Assembly (NCBI GenBank): GCA_018813285.1
Contig: JAHJBY010000033.1
Span: 69,157 to 133,156 of the forward strand
Source of the DNA: Candidatus Omnitrophota bacterium
GTDB taxonomy: Bacteria > Omnitrophota > Gorgyraeia > Tantalellales > Tantalellaceae
DNA length: 64,000 bases
Reading direction: 5' to 3'
The notes beneath the pieces were generated by a model. It did not search any database. It was not told where the DNA came from and worked only from the letters and a program-made list of their open reading frames with translations. Positions 1 to 9,732 of this stretch are shown here, piece by piece (within the stretch, counting starts at the first letter, position 1; the number at the start of each line of letters is the position of its first letter). The translations under genes and the position numbers were made by a program.

Positions 1-364
1 TGACCATAACGTCAACATCCAGAGTATTTGGCATGATCCTCCGGATTTCCACGCTCTTCAATTGTGGAAAACTTTCAGCGATCATTACCGTCGCGTGATC
101 AAGATCAATAGAAAGTACATTCCTTCTGAGGTACATATCGTTGAGTTTTTCGCGGCCGCCCGTAAAAGAAACATCGTTCTGACCGTTTATCGTTATATCC
201 GTAATAGTGAAGAACGAGTCGTTAAGTAAAAAATAACGAGTCCAAAAAAAGACACCCGTCAACAACCCCATCAAAGCCAGCATGGACAGAAACCTCTTAT
301 TCTGAAAAACCTTCATCAACCGCGCCCGCATACCGCTATTTTTCGGCTGTTTCTTTTTTGCCAC
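1..364 (-). CDS. ftsQ: Cell division protein FtsQ/DivIB, N-terminal part (runs off window)
   Basis: Manual translation from GTG at 364 (RBS AGGAGAG): basic N-terminus, one TM (FLSMLALMGLLTGVFFW), then POTRA-like RNVLSIDL..FPQLKSVEIRRIMPNTLDVDV. Lies directly downstream of ddl. Confidence 0.85.
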   Translation of the reverse strand, partial: MAKKKQPKNSGMRARLMKVFQNKRFLSMLALMGLLTGVFFWTRYFLLNDSFFTITDITINGQNDVSFTGGREKLNDMYLRRNVLSIDLDHATVMIAESFPQLKSVEIRRIMPNTLDVDVMV

Positions 365-407
365 GGTTCTCTCCTTCCTGTTCTCCTTCCCGGGGGCTCC
401 CGCCCTT

Positions 408-1349
408 TCAGGGCACCGCGTTATTTAAAATCCTTAAACACAGTTCCTCAAAACTAACGCCCAGCGACTTTGCCGCCAACGGCAAAAGGCTTCGCTCAGT
501 AAAACCGGGGATCGTATTTACCTCAAGAACAAAAAGCTCCCCAGACGCCGTAAGCCTCATGTCTACCCGGGAAAAACACCCGCATCCAAGAAGCGAATGC
601 GCTTTCTTCCCCAGCTCCATGGCCTTCCGGCAAGTACCCTCATCAATTACAGCAGGCACCACGTACCTCGTTCGATCATCTTCATATTTTGCTTTGAAAT
701 CGAATACACCATCGCCGGTGATGATCTCAACAACAGGCAGAGGTTCATCTTCCAGTATGCCGACTGTCAATTCCCTTCCGGGTATATATTGCTCAACAAT
801 GACATTTCCCGCGTACAAACCGGCCTTATCCACTGCCGCCGCTATCTCGCTGATAGCTGACACCACGGAAAGCCCGACACTCGAACCTTCCATACCGGGT
901 TTGATAACACAAGGTAACTGAACATCATTACACGAAAAACTACCATCCGCCCCGCGCGCCGTATACTTCGGAACGGCCATATCCGCCTCGATAAATCGCT
1001 TTTTCGATAATAATTTGTCGAAAGCAAGACGCGAAGCCGCGGGTCCTGAACCGGTATATGGGATCCCTTTCCCGGCCAACATTTGTTGAATGGTACCATC
1101 TTCCCCAAATCCTCCATGCAAAGCGATAAATGCCAAATCAAAATCAAACTTCCCAATAAAGGAATCAGTCTCTTCTTCCACATCTATCAATACTACATCA
1201 AGCCCGGCAGCACACAAAACATCAAAAATGGCCTGACCGCTCTTTTTGCTTATTTCCCTCTCCTCGGAACATCCACCGGCCAATACGCCTATTCGATATT
1301 TTTTCAATTTGTCCACCAGCCGTCGCATCTGTATCCTCATGGTTCTCAT
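408..1349 (-). CDS. ddl: D-alanine--D-alanine ligase
   Basis: GGCSEEREIS, LHGGFGEDG, GSSVG and EVNTIPGFT motifs; dcw context. Confidence 0.97.
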   Translation of the reverse strand: MRTMRIQMRRLVDKLKKYRIGVLAGGCSEEREISKKSGQAIFDVLCAAGLDVVLIDVEEETDSFIGKFDFDLAFIALHGGFGEDGTIQQMLAGKGIPYTGSGPAASRLAFDKLLSKKRFIEADMAVPKYTARGADGSFSCNDVQLPCVIKPGMEGSSVGLSVVSAISEIAAAVDKAGLYAGNVIVEQYIPGRELTVGILEDEPLPVVEIITGDGVFDFKAKYEDDRTRYVVPAVIDEGTCRKAMELGKKAHSLLGCGCFSRVDMRLTASGELFVLEVNTIPGFTERSLLPLAAKSLGVSFEELCLRILNNAVP

Positions 1350-2302
1350 GAAGGGCGCGGAAACCGCTCCCCTACGTACCCTTCACCCGTCAGTATCTCG
1401 ATCTCCAGTTCCAATTCCACTCCGAATTTCTCTTTGACCCCGTCACGCACCACCCGGATAAGTTCTTTCACATCACCGGACGTCGCGCCTCCGTCGTTCA
1501 CAATGAAATTCGCGTGCTTTTCAGAAACAACCGCGCCACCCACCCTGCGTTTTTTCATTCCGGCCATTTCTATCAATCGCGCGCCGCTCTCGCCACCGGC
1601 GGGCGGGTTCTTGAAAACACACCCCAGCGTCTTTTGTTCAAGCGGTTGAACGCGCATCTTTTCCAAAAAAAAGCTCTCCATTCTTTTTCGGATATCCCCG
1701 GGAGGCGCTTTGTCTAGATGGAAAGCCGCTTCGATGATGATGGCGTTCCTGTCAAAAGACGCTTCTCTGTATCCAAAGATAATATCGTCCTTTTCCACCT
1801 TCCGTATACGCCCCAAAACATCTATGATCTTAACCCGCAAAAGCCGATCGCTGATCACCGACTTATATCCCGCGTTCACGAATAATGCGCCGCCAACCGT
1901 CCCGGGGATACCTGCAAGTCCTTCCATCCCGCTGAGCCCCATAGATGAACAATCGGAAATAAACGAACTTAGCTTTTTCCCCGCGCCCACCGTAACCTGG
2001 CCAAGCTCATCATATGCCGCGTGATTGAAATAATCGCCCGCGAGACTTACCATGACCGCATCCAGGCCCTCTCCGGGCATCAGTGTGTTGCTTCCGTTAC
2101 CGATAGCGATCACACGCGCCCCATGCTCCCTGAGTGACTTGCTGATCTCTGACAGCTCCTCCGGGCACGACGGCGCGTACCACACAGCGGCTGTACCGCC
2201 TATAGCGATAGTGCTGTGCCGTGAGAGCAACTCATCATAAAGAACCGACCCGCCTCCTCTCTCCGCCTGAGCGCTCAAGATGTCTTTTATCTCTTCTTTC
2301 AT
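1346..2302 (-). CDS. murB: UDP-N-acetylenolpyruvoylglucosamine reductase
   Basis: GNGSN, GIPGTVGGA..NAG, GCVFKNP and HANFIVN motifs. Confidence 0.97.
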   Translation of the reverse strand: MKEEIKDILSAQAERGGGSVLYDELLSRHSTIAIGGTAAVWYAPSCPEELSEISKSLREHGARVIAIGNGSNTLMPGEGLDAVMVSLAGDYFNHAAYDELGQVTVGAGKKLSSFISDCSSMGLSGMEGLAGIPGTVGGALFVNAGYKSVISDRLLRVKIIDVLGRIRKVEKDDIIFGYREASFDRNAIIIEAAFHLDKAPPGDIRKRMESFFLEKMRVQPLEQKTLGCVFKNPPAGGESGARLIEMAGMKKRRVGGAVVSEKHANFIVNDGGATSGDVKELIRVVRDGVKEKFGVELELEIEILTGEGYVGERFPRPS

Positions 2303-2331
2303 GTAACACGTCTCCTGCGGCCGAGCTTTAG

Positions 2332-3717
2332 TTAACTTCTCACAGCCTGCTTGCGTATCGCATTCGACAACGGCCGCGCGATGTCCCTTATGTCACCGGC
2401 GCCCAGGATCAGTACCATGTCTCTCTCCCGCGCTATACCGGAAACATACCCGGGGATCCGATCTTTTTCCACAAAATCAACCAACTGAAATTTACTTCTA
2501 TCAATAGCTTTTAAAATATCACGCACTCCCCTGCCGACGAAAGGTTTTTCATCCGCTGAATATATGTCCGTAAGTATCAGCACATCCGCGTCGTAAAACG
2601 AATGAGCAAAATCTTCCGCGAGATCGTGCGTACGGCTGTATCTGTGCGGCTGAAAAATCGCTACAACCCTGCCCTCTCCGCTATATTCTCCGGCAGCTTT
2701 GATAACCGCCCGCAATTCCGTAGGATGATGCGCGTAATCCTCAACCACGTCAATATTACCTATCCTTTCCACAAAGTCAAATCGCCGTCTCACTCCATCG
2801 AATGTGCTAACCGCCTCGGCGGCTTCTTTAAAACCGATCCCCCGTTCCAGGCAAAGAGCCATTGCTCCAAGTATGTTCATAGCGTTGTACCGTCCAACAA
2901 TGCCACACTCAACTTTTCCCAGGCGCTCGCCTTCTCTTAAAAGATCAAATCGAATAGACCTCGCACAGGAAAGATCCGCGTATGAATATCGAAAACAACC
3001 GTTTTCCATCGCTCCAAAATCCACTCTTATCGCGGTTGAATTTTCCGCGACGTTCCGGGCAACCACATCCTCCCCATTGTAAACGATCAATCCATCGGAC
3101 GGGATACGTCCTGCGAATTCCACGTACGACGCGAGGAGATTTTCCATGGTCCCGTGGTGTTCCATGTGTTCTCTCTCAATGTTCGTAAGTACCACGCATT
3201 TAACAGACATCCCCCGGAAGAGGCCGTCACTTTCATCTACTTCAGCAACGACCAGGTCTCGCGATCCATTCTTCGCGTTGCCTCCAAAACGGCTGATTTC
3301 TCCGCCTATAATAACCGTGGGATCCCGGTCGCAATAATCCATTATATGCGCTATTAGAGCGCTTGTCGTCGTTTTTCCGTGAGTGCCGGTCACCGCGATG
3401 GACACACTTGCGTCTTTCATCACGTCCGCCAGCATCTCGGATCTATGAATAACCTTGATCCCGAGTTCTTCAGCCTTTACCAGTTCTTCATTGGCCGCGG
3501 GAATACATGTAGATCTCACCGCGAGATCCACGTCCGGAGGTATGTTGTCCGCGCTGTGCCCACAGAAGACCACAGCGCCTTTCGCGCGAAGCTTGTCGGT
3601 AAGATCATTCGGCCGAAGATCCGATCCGGTCACAATGTTTCCTCTTGAGATCGCCACTTCCGCCAGGGCGCTCATTCCTATCCCGCCGATCCCTATGAAA
3701 TGAATGTGTTTTGGCAT
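2332..3717 (-). CDS. murC: UDP-N-acetylmuramate--L-alanine ligase
   Basis: HFIGIGGIGMS, GTHGKTTT, EVDESD, DYAHHPTE and FQPHRYSRT motifs. Confidence 0.98.
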   Translation of the reverse strand: MPKHIHFIGIGGIGMSALAEVAISRGNIVTGSDLRPNDLTDKLRAKGAVVFCGHSADNIPPDVDLAVRSTCIPAANEELVKAEELGIKVIHRSEMLADVMKDASVSIAVTGTHGKTTTSALIAHIMDYCDRDPTVIIGGEISRFGGNAKNGSRDLVVAEVDESDGLFRGMSVKCVVLTNIEREHMEHHGTMENLLASYVEFAGRIPSDGLIVYNGEDVVARNVAENSTAIRVDFGAMENGCFRYSYADLSCARSIRFDLLREGERLGKVECGIVGRYNAMNILGAMALCLERGIGFKEAAEAVSTFDGVRRRFDFVERIGNIDVVEDYAHHPTELRAVIKAAGEYSGEGRVVAIFQPHRYSRTHDLAEDFAHSFYDADVLILTDIYSADEKPFVGRGVRDILKAIDRSKFQLVDFVEKDRIPGYVSGIARERDMVLILGAGDIRDIARPLSNAIRKQAVRS

Positions 3718-3759
3718 ATTTCCTCTATTAGCGGTTCTCTGTTACTCTAACTATCTTGT

Positions 3760-4857
3760 TCATGCCGCGGCCATACCTATAATCTCTTTTGCGAGTTCTC
3801 TTCCCGCGCCCGGCGCGGCCAACCGCGCCGCGGCCCCTGACATTTTTCGGCTTTTTTCGCTATCCGCGAGTATATTAGTGATCTCACAAGCCAGCATATC
3901 AGCTGAAAGCCCGCTTTCTTCCAAATAAACAGCGGCTCCGGCTCGCGAAAATGACATGGCATTGCTCCTCTGGCTGTTCCGCGGATTCGGATACGGTATA
4001 AGTATCATCGGACGCTCATAATACGCCAACTCAAAAACAGCCGCCGCGCCGGCCCGGCTTATCGCCATATCACAAGCCGCGTAAGCCATGTCAATACGAT
4101 CGATAAACGCGTACACCTTTGCCGGTATCCCTTTTTCCTCATAGAATCGCTCAATAAGATCGTGATCAGCTTTTCCCGTCAGGTGTATGAATTGAACGCG
4201 AGCGTCAGGCCGGAAAACACGCTCCGCCGCCTGTCGGGCAACCTTATTCAGAAAAACCGCCCCCTGGCTTCCGCCCATTATCAACACTGTTCTCCGATCA
4301 CAACGAAGTCCCAAAAACCGCAAAGCTACTGATCTATCCTTCGACAACATTTCCAAGCGGATCGGATTTCCGGTCACTATGACCTTTTTTTCGGCACCCG
4401 GAAAATACTTCTCTGTTTCGCTAAAACTGACAGCTATCCTGCCCACGGCCCGGCTAAGCATACGGTTCGCCCTGCCCGGATAAAAATTCTGCTCATGCAC
4501 AAGAACCGGAATGCCGATCAAAGCGGCGCAGCGAACAACGGTTCCGGCGGAATATCCACCAAACCCGGCGACAACAGTTGGACGCAGCCGGAAAAGCAAA
4601 TATAATGAAACGCAAGCATCTGCCATCAGCTTTAAAAAAAACACGATCCATCTAAATATGTTCGGCCCAAAAGGCATTGGATTCACCGAAAGAAAAAATG
4701 TCCGGTATCGAAGGGTCGTCATGACGCGCTTATCAAGTTCCCGCTTGCTCGAAACAAAGCATATATCATCAACACCGGCTTTTTCAAGTTCCATGGCCGT
4801 GGCTACAGCCGGAAATATGTGTCCGCCGCTGCCACCGGCGGCTATCATCACTCTCAT
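3760..4857 (-). CDS. murG: Lipid II GlcNAc transferase MurG
   Basis: AGGSGGHIFP, HEQN..PG, GGSQGA and SRAGA motifs; start moved to ATG 4857 after RBS AGGAG. Confidence 0.97.
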   Translation of the reverse strand: MRVMIAAGGSGGHIFPAVATAMELEKAGVDDICFVSSKRELDKRVMTTLRYRTFFLSVNPMPFGPNIFRWIVFFLKLMADACVSLYLLFRLRPTVVAGFGGYSAGTVVRCAALIGIPVLVHEQNFYPGRANRMLSRAVGRIAVSFSETEKYFPGAEKKVIVTGNPIRLEMLSKDRSVALRFLGLRCDRRTVLIMGGSQGAVFLNKVARQAAERVFRPDARVQFIHLTGKADHDLIERFYEEKGIPAKVYAFIDRIDMAYAACDMAISRAGAAAVFELAYYERPMILIPYPNPRNSQRSNAMSFSRAGAAVYLEESGLSADMLACEITNILADSEKSRKMSGAAARLAAPGAGRELAKEIIGMAAA

Positions 4858-4894
4858 AAGACTCCTGTTGTCCCTTGCGTCATGTCGTTTCGCG

Positions 4895-5986
4895 TCATGC
4901 GTCCTCCATTTTCCTCGCCATGTTAAGCAATATGCCGATAGCCGCAAAATGCATTACCAGGGAACTCCCTCCATAACTTATGAACGGCAGAGGCAACCCC
5001 TTGGTCGGCACCGCCCCGGCAGAAACGCCAATGTTCACTATCGCTTCAAAAGCGATCATGACACTGATGCCAAAAACTACCCGCGCGGCAAATAACTCTT
5101 TAAGTTTGAAAGATATCTTAAGGGAGAACCATACCAGAAGCGCGAATAAAATGAGTATTGCCGTTGCCCCAAAAAGCCCCAGCTCCTCCCCGATTATCGA
5201 ATAAATAAAATCTGTGTGCGATTGCGGAAGAAAAAACAATTTCTGCCGGGACCCTCCCAGGCCGACGCCGAATATTCCCCCCGATCCCAGCGCAATGAAC
5301 GATTGAATAAGCTGAAAGCCTGCCCCACGCGGATCCTCCCACGGTTTTAAAAAAGTTACGATCCTTTGCAATCGATATGGAGCGCTGGCCACAACAACAA
5401 ACATGACCGGCAACGCCCCGGCCGCCACGATCAACAGGTGTTTGATCCGGGTACCGGAGATAAACAACATAAGCGAGGCTATTACCCCTATGGCGACAGC
5501 TGAACCCATGTCCGGTTCAAGCAGCACCAATCCAGCGGCAAGTCCCACCACAAGAAAGGGGGGCAGAAATCCTTTGATAAACCTCGATATTTCGTACCGT
5601 TTGCGGCTGGTAAAATCGGCCAGGTAGAGGATCATCGCCAGTTTAGCAAACTCTGAAGGTTGAAATCCTCCCCCGAAGACCCGTATCCATCTGCGGGCGC
5701 CGCCTCCTACAAAACCGATACCGGGGATAAGCACGACGACCAATAACAAAAGCGCCGCTATGATCAAATACTTCGCTTTATCCCTTATGAGGTCCGCGGT
5801 AACTTGCATGCAAGTTACCGCGGCTGCGATCCCCATCCCGACAAACAGCAGATGACGCTTGACGAAATACAAACTGTCTCCGTATACCATGTACGCATAG
5901 ACCGCGCTTGATGAATAGATCATCACCACACCGGTCATTGCCAGCGTTACCGCAACCAAAAATACGATTCGCGCGTCTCGTCTCAA
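4895..5986 (-). CDS. ftsW: Peptidoglycan polymerase FtsW
   Basis: GARRWI, FQPSEFAK, EPDMG, HTDFI and LPFISYGGSS motifs. Confidence 0.97.
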   Translation of the reverse strand: MRRDARIVFLVAVTLAMTGVVMIYSSSAVYAYMVYGDSLYFVKRHLLFVGMGIAAAVTCMQVTADLIRDKAKYLIIAALLLLVVVLIPGIGFVGGGARRWIRVFGGGFQPSEFAKLAMILYLADFTSRKRYEISRFIKGFLPPFLVVGLAAGLVLLEPDMGSAVAIGVIASLMLFISGTRIKHLLIVAAGALPVMFVVVASAPYRLQRIVTFLKPWEDPRGAGFQLIQSFIALGSGGIFGVGLGGSRQKLFFLPQSHTDFIYSIIGEELGLFGATAILILFALLVWFSLKISFKLKELFAARVVFGISVMIAFEAIVNIGVSAGAVPTKGLPLPFISYGGSSLVMHFAAIGILLNMARKMEDA

Positions 5987-7257
5987 GGCAATACCTCTTT
6001 CCTGAAGGCCTCTCCTCTTTCCCTGTAATTTTTGAACATATCAAAGCTGGAACACATCGGCGACAAAAGAACGGCCTCGCCCGCGACAGCTTCGCGTGAG
6101 GCACACTCGACAGCTTCCTTCATTGTATCAGCGGCAATCACGGGAATTATATTCGAAAATATTGAAATCAATTTTTCTCGAGATTCCCCGATGACAACCA
6201 TCGCTTTTACCTTTTCACGGATTATCGGTAATATCCGCCGATAATCTCCTCCTTTACCCCTTCCCCCGGCTATGAGTACGGCCCTTTTCGCCATGGACTC
6301 AAGAGCGCGTTTCGTCGCGTCTATGTTGGTTGCTTTTGAGTCGTCTATGTACTCAATACCGTTAAAAGTTCCCAGGCTTTCAAATCGGCAATCCAGGGTT
6401 TTAAAATTTCTGATCCCCGAGTGTATCTGTCGTTCCGCAACTCCCATTAACCGCGATGCCGTAACGGCGCATCGGACATTTTCAATATTGTGTTCCCCTT
6501 TCAGCGGGATCTCCGCCGCATCCATATTGATATCGGTCCTGTCAAAACAGATAATCTTTCCTCTCATTTTTTCCGCAAGCACATCATCGCGCAAGCATGA
6601 GCGCACAAGCGCATAGTCGTTTTCATCCTGGTTGATAAATATCCGAAGTTTTTCTTTTTTATACCTGTCGTAATTCTCATGCCGATCATAATGGTCATCG
6701 GATACATTCAGCAAAACAGCTATCCGCGGTTTAAAATTCCTTACTGTTTCAAGCTGAAAAGAACTGACCTCGACCACAGCAACGCTGTCTTCGTTCAGAT
6801 CGCAGGCCACAGAAGTCAGTGGTATACCGATATTCCCGCACACTACAGCCTGTCTGCCGGATGAGTTGAGAATATGGCCGATAAGTTCGACAGTTGTGCT
6901 CTTGCCATTCGTCCCGGTCACAGCTACCATGGACGCGGCGCAATACATCGCGCCCAGTTCAAGCTCACCGATAACGGGGGCGCCGCGCGGGATAACGGCG
7001 GCAATTTCCGGCATACGAAGATCCACACCCGGTGAAACAACCACCATAAATGGGTCTCCGCAGAACTCCCTCGTATGGCCGCCGGTTTCCGCGCGAATGC
7101 CGGCGCGATCAAGATCCGCTTCGCGCGTGTCGAGACCGGGTGTGGAAGCGCTTTCTGTAACCCTGACCCGCGCCCCTTTTTCCGCGAGAAACCGGGCGGC
7201 CGAACATCCGCTCGCGCCCATGCCGATCACCAGTATGTTCTTGTTTCTAAGATCGAT
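5983..7257 (-). CDS. murD: UDP-MurNAc-L-Ala--D-Glu ligase
   Basis: GTNGKSTT, EVSSFQLE, DDSKATN and SPMCSSFDMF motifs; frame open to 7257 (probable ATC start, see findings). Confidence 0.96.
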   Translation of the reverse strand: MDLRNKNILVIGMGASGCSAARFLAEKGARVRVTESASTPGLDTREADLDRAGIRAETGGHTREFCGDPFMVVVSPGVDLRMPEIAAVIPRGAPVIGELELGAMYCAASMVAVTGTNGKSTTVELIGHILNSSGRQAVVCGNIGIPLTSVACDLNEDSVAVVEVSSFQLETVRNFKPRIAVLLNVSDDHYDRHENYDRYKKEKLRIFINQDENDYALVRSCLRDDVLAEKMRGKIICFDRTDINMDAAEIPLKGEHNIENVRCAVTASRLMGVAERQIHSGIRNFKTLDCRFESLGTFNGIEYIDDSKATNIDATKRALESMAKRAVLIAGGRGKGGDYRRILPIIREKVKAMVVIGESREKLISIFSNIIPVIAADTMKEAVECASREAVAGEAVLLSPMCSSFDMFKNYRERGEAFRKEVLP

Positions 7258-7282
7258 CGCTGATCACCTCCTCGCCGTCTTT

Positions 7283-8371
7283 TTAGCGTACTTTCAACGC
7301 AGCCATGCTCAACATCGCGAGTATGGCGGATATTATCCAGAAACGCACGGTGATCTTAGACTCGGACCACCCTTTCAACTGAAAATGATGATGGATCGGG
7401 GACATTCGGAAGAGCCGCTTCCCCTTTGTTTTAAAAAACAGTACCTGTAAGATCACTGAGACGGATTCCATCACGAATACCCCTCCCGCGATCAACAGCA
7501 AAACCTCTTTTTTCAATAGAACACTTACTATCGCGATCGAACCGCCGAGCGCCAATGAGCCCGTATCCCCCATAAAAACTTCGGCAGGATGGCTATTGAA
7601 CCAAAGGAATCCCAATCCCGCGCCGATCATCGCCGCGCAAAAACATGTAAGTTCACCCGATCCCGGCAGATAAAAAATGTTCAGGTACCCGCTAAGGACC
7701 GAGTTACCTGTCACATATGCCATCACGGCGTACGTGAACGAAACGAACAGCATACAACCGATGGCAAGGCCGTCCAACCCGTCCGTAAGATTTACAGCGT
7801 TAGAGGCGCCTACTATCACGAGCAAAATAAATAATATGTAAAATATCCCAAGACTCGAAACAGCGTTCTTTATGAACGGAATATAAAGATCCGTACCGAT
7901 TGCCTTGCTGTGCAACACAACTCCCCCGACTATCAGCGCGAGAACCACCTGTCCGAGAAGTTTGGTGATCACCCTGAGCCCTTTCGCGCTTTGGTTCTTC
8001 AATTTCAGGTAATCATCTATGAAACCGATAAATCCCATCCAGACCATTCCTCCGAGAACCAGAATAACGTAATCGTTGTCAAGCCGGCACCACAGAAGGG
8101 ATGAGATCAAGAGGGACGCGATGATCAGCATCCCGCCCATCGTAGGTGTCCCTTCCTTGGCATCATGAAAATCTGACAGGGCGCTCACATGTTTTTTTCT
8201 GACATACTGTCCTATATCCAACTTGCGCAACACCCGAATTATCATCGGGCCAAAAACGACGCACAGGACAAACGATGTTACCGCGGCCATGCTTGCCCTA
8301 AAAGTTATGTAGCGAAATATGTTGAACCCAAACCAAATATCTTTTAACGGAAACAAGAAGTAGTAAAACAT
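7283..8371 (-). CDS. mraY: Phospho-N-acetylmuramoyl-pentapeptide transferase
   Basis: KEGTPTMGG, NAVNLTDGLDGLA, FMGDTGS and PIHHHF motifs. Confidence 0.98.
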   Translation of the reverse strand: MFYYFLFPLKDIWFGFNIFRYITFRASMAAVTSFVLCVVFGPMIIRVLRKLDIGQYVRKKHVSALSDFHDAKEGTPTMGGMLIIASLLISSLLWCRLDNDYVILVLGGMVWMGFIGFIDDYLKLKNQSAKGLRVITKLLGQVVLALIVGGVVLHSKAIGTDLYIPFIKNAVSSLGIFYILFILLVIVGASNAVNLTDGLDGLAIGCMLFVSFTYAVMAYVTGNSVLSGYLNIFYLPGSGELTCFCAAMIGAGLGFLWFNSHPAEVFMGDTGSLALGGSIAIVSVLLKKEVLLLIAGGVFVMESVSVILQVLFFKTKGKRLFRMSPIHHHFQLKGWSESKITVRFWIISAILAMLSMAALKVR

Positions 8372-9723
8372 TTCAGGATATCCTCCATTCTCATCTTTCG
8401 TGAACCCTTAAGCAATATCATGTCTTCCGGACGCGCGATCTCCCGAATGATGCGAGCGGCCTCTTCGTGATCCTTGGCGCGAAAAACATTTTCAGCATCC
8501 ATTCCCGCAAGAACCGCTTCCCGCGCTGTTATCGACGCGGCATCGCCGAGTGTTATTAAAAAATCAAAATTCCCGGCCGCGACGCGCGCCCCAAGGTTCC
8601 GATGCGATTCTTCGGAACGACTGCCAAGTTCCAGCATATCTCCGGCGATCACCCATTTTCTCCCCGCGAGATCCATGCCCGCTAATGTTTTCAGGGCGCA
8701 TTCAAACGAAGCCGGATTGGCGTTATACGCGTCATTTAAAAAAACCATCCCTCCTGCTGAAACCCTTTTCATCCTCATCGCGGGAAGCGCTGTTTCAAAA
8801 AGTCCGGCGCGTATCGCGCTGTATTCAACCCCCATGAACGCGGCAACAGCCGAGGCGGCCGCGGCATTATAAACATTGTGTTCCCCATCAAACGGTATTC
8901 GCAAAAGTTCGCCGTTTAACCGGAAATCATATCCAATTTCTTTTTTTTGTATGTCCTGAATATGAAACTCACAACCCGGCGTTTTTCCAAAGAACATGAT
9001 CTCCCTGCCGCAGGCGCGCAAGGAACGCAAAGAATCATCGTCGCCGGAAAGAAAAGCCGCGCCGCCTTCCGGGAGACACTCAAGAACGCCAGCCTTCTCC
9101 CTGAAAACACCATCGGTGTCCCCGAAAAACTCCAGGTGACCGGGGCCTATGTTCGTGATAACCGCGTGACCCGGCCGTACAAGCCTCGCAAGAGAGACGA
9201 TCTCACCGGGATGATTTGTCCCCAATTCAAACACCGCCGCCTCATGTGTCCTGTCAAGCCCGAACAGCGTAAGGCTTACGCCGACCATGTTGTTGTACGA
9301 AGAAGGGCTTTTAAGTGTATGATATTTCTCTGAAAGCAAACGCTGCAATATGTCTTTAACGGTCGTTTTTCCATTAGTTCCTGTCACCGCGATAATTGGA
9401 ATATCTACTTTGCTCCGAATATGGCCGGCAATAGATCCCATCGCGCCGACTGAACTAACAACGCGAATAAAGTGGCTCTTCCCCGATCCATCGATCACAT
9501 CGCGCGGGCGTTCAGATATCACTCCGGCCGCGCCTCTGGCGACGGCTTCAGCGATATGATCGTGCCCGTCGGCGTTCTTTCCCGGAATGGCAATAAAAAA
9601 CTCTCCGGGTTTTATGGTCCGGGAATCAATGGAAAATCCCCGGACTGCCGCACCCGCGGCGCTCGAATAACTCAACTCTCCGTCCGATACGTCAGCGATA
9701 TCTTTTACACCGATCTCTATCAT
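8344..9723 (-). CDS. murF: UDP-MurNAc-tripeptide--D-Ala-D-Ala ligase
   Basis: DSR, GTNGKTTVK, ELGTNHPGEI, DAYNANP and KGSR motifs. Confidence 0.97.
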   Translation of the reverse strand: MIEIGVKDIADVSDGELSYSSAAGAAVRGFSIDSRTIKPGEFFIAIPGKNADGHDHIAEAVARGAAGVISERPRDVIDGSGKSHFIRVVSSVGAMGSIAGHIRSKVDIPIIAVTGTNGKTTVKDILQRLLSEKYHTLKSPSSYNNMVGVSLTLFGLDRTHEAAVFELGTNHPGEIVSLARLVRPGHAVITNIGPGHLEFFGDTDGVFREKAGVLECLPEGGAAFLSGDDDSLRSLRACGREIMFFGKTPGCEFHIQDIQKKEIGYDFRLNGELLRIPFDGEHNVYNAAAASAVAAFMGVEYSAIRAGLFETALPAMRMKRVSAGGMVFLNDAYNANPASFECALKTLAGMDLAGRKWVIAGDMLELGSRSEESHRNLGARVAAGNFDFLITLGDAASITAREAVLAGMDAENVFRAKDHEEAARIIREIARPEDMILLKGSRKMRMEDILKCFTTSCFR

Positions 9724-9732
9724 CTTCTGATA

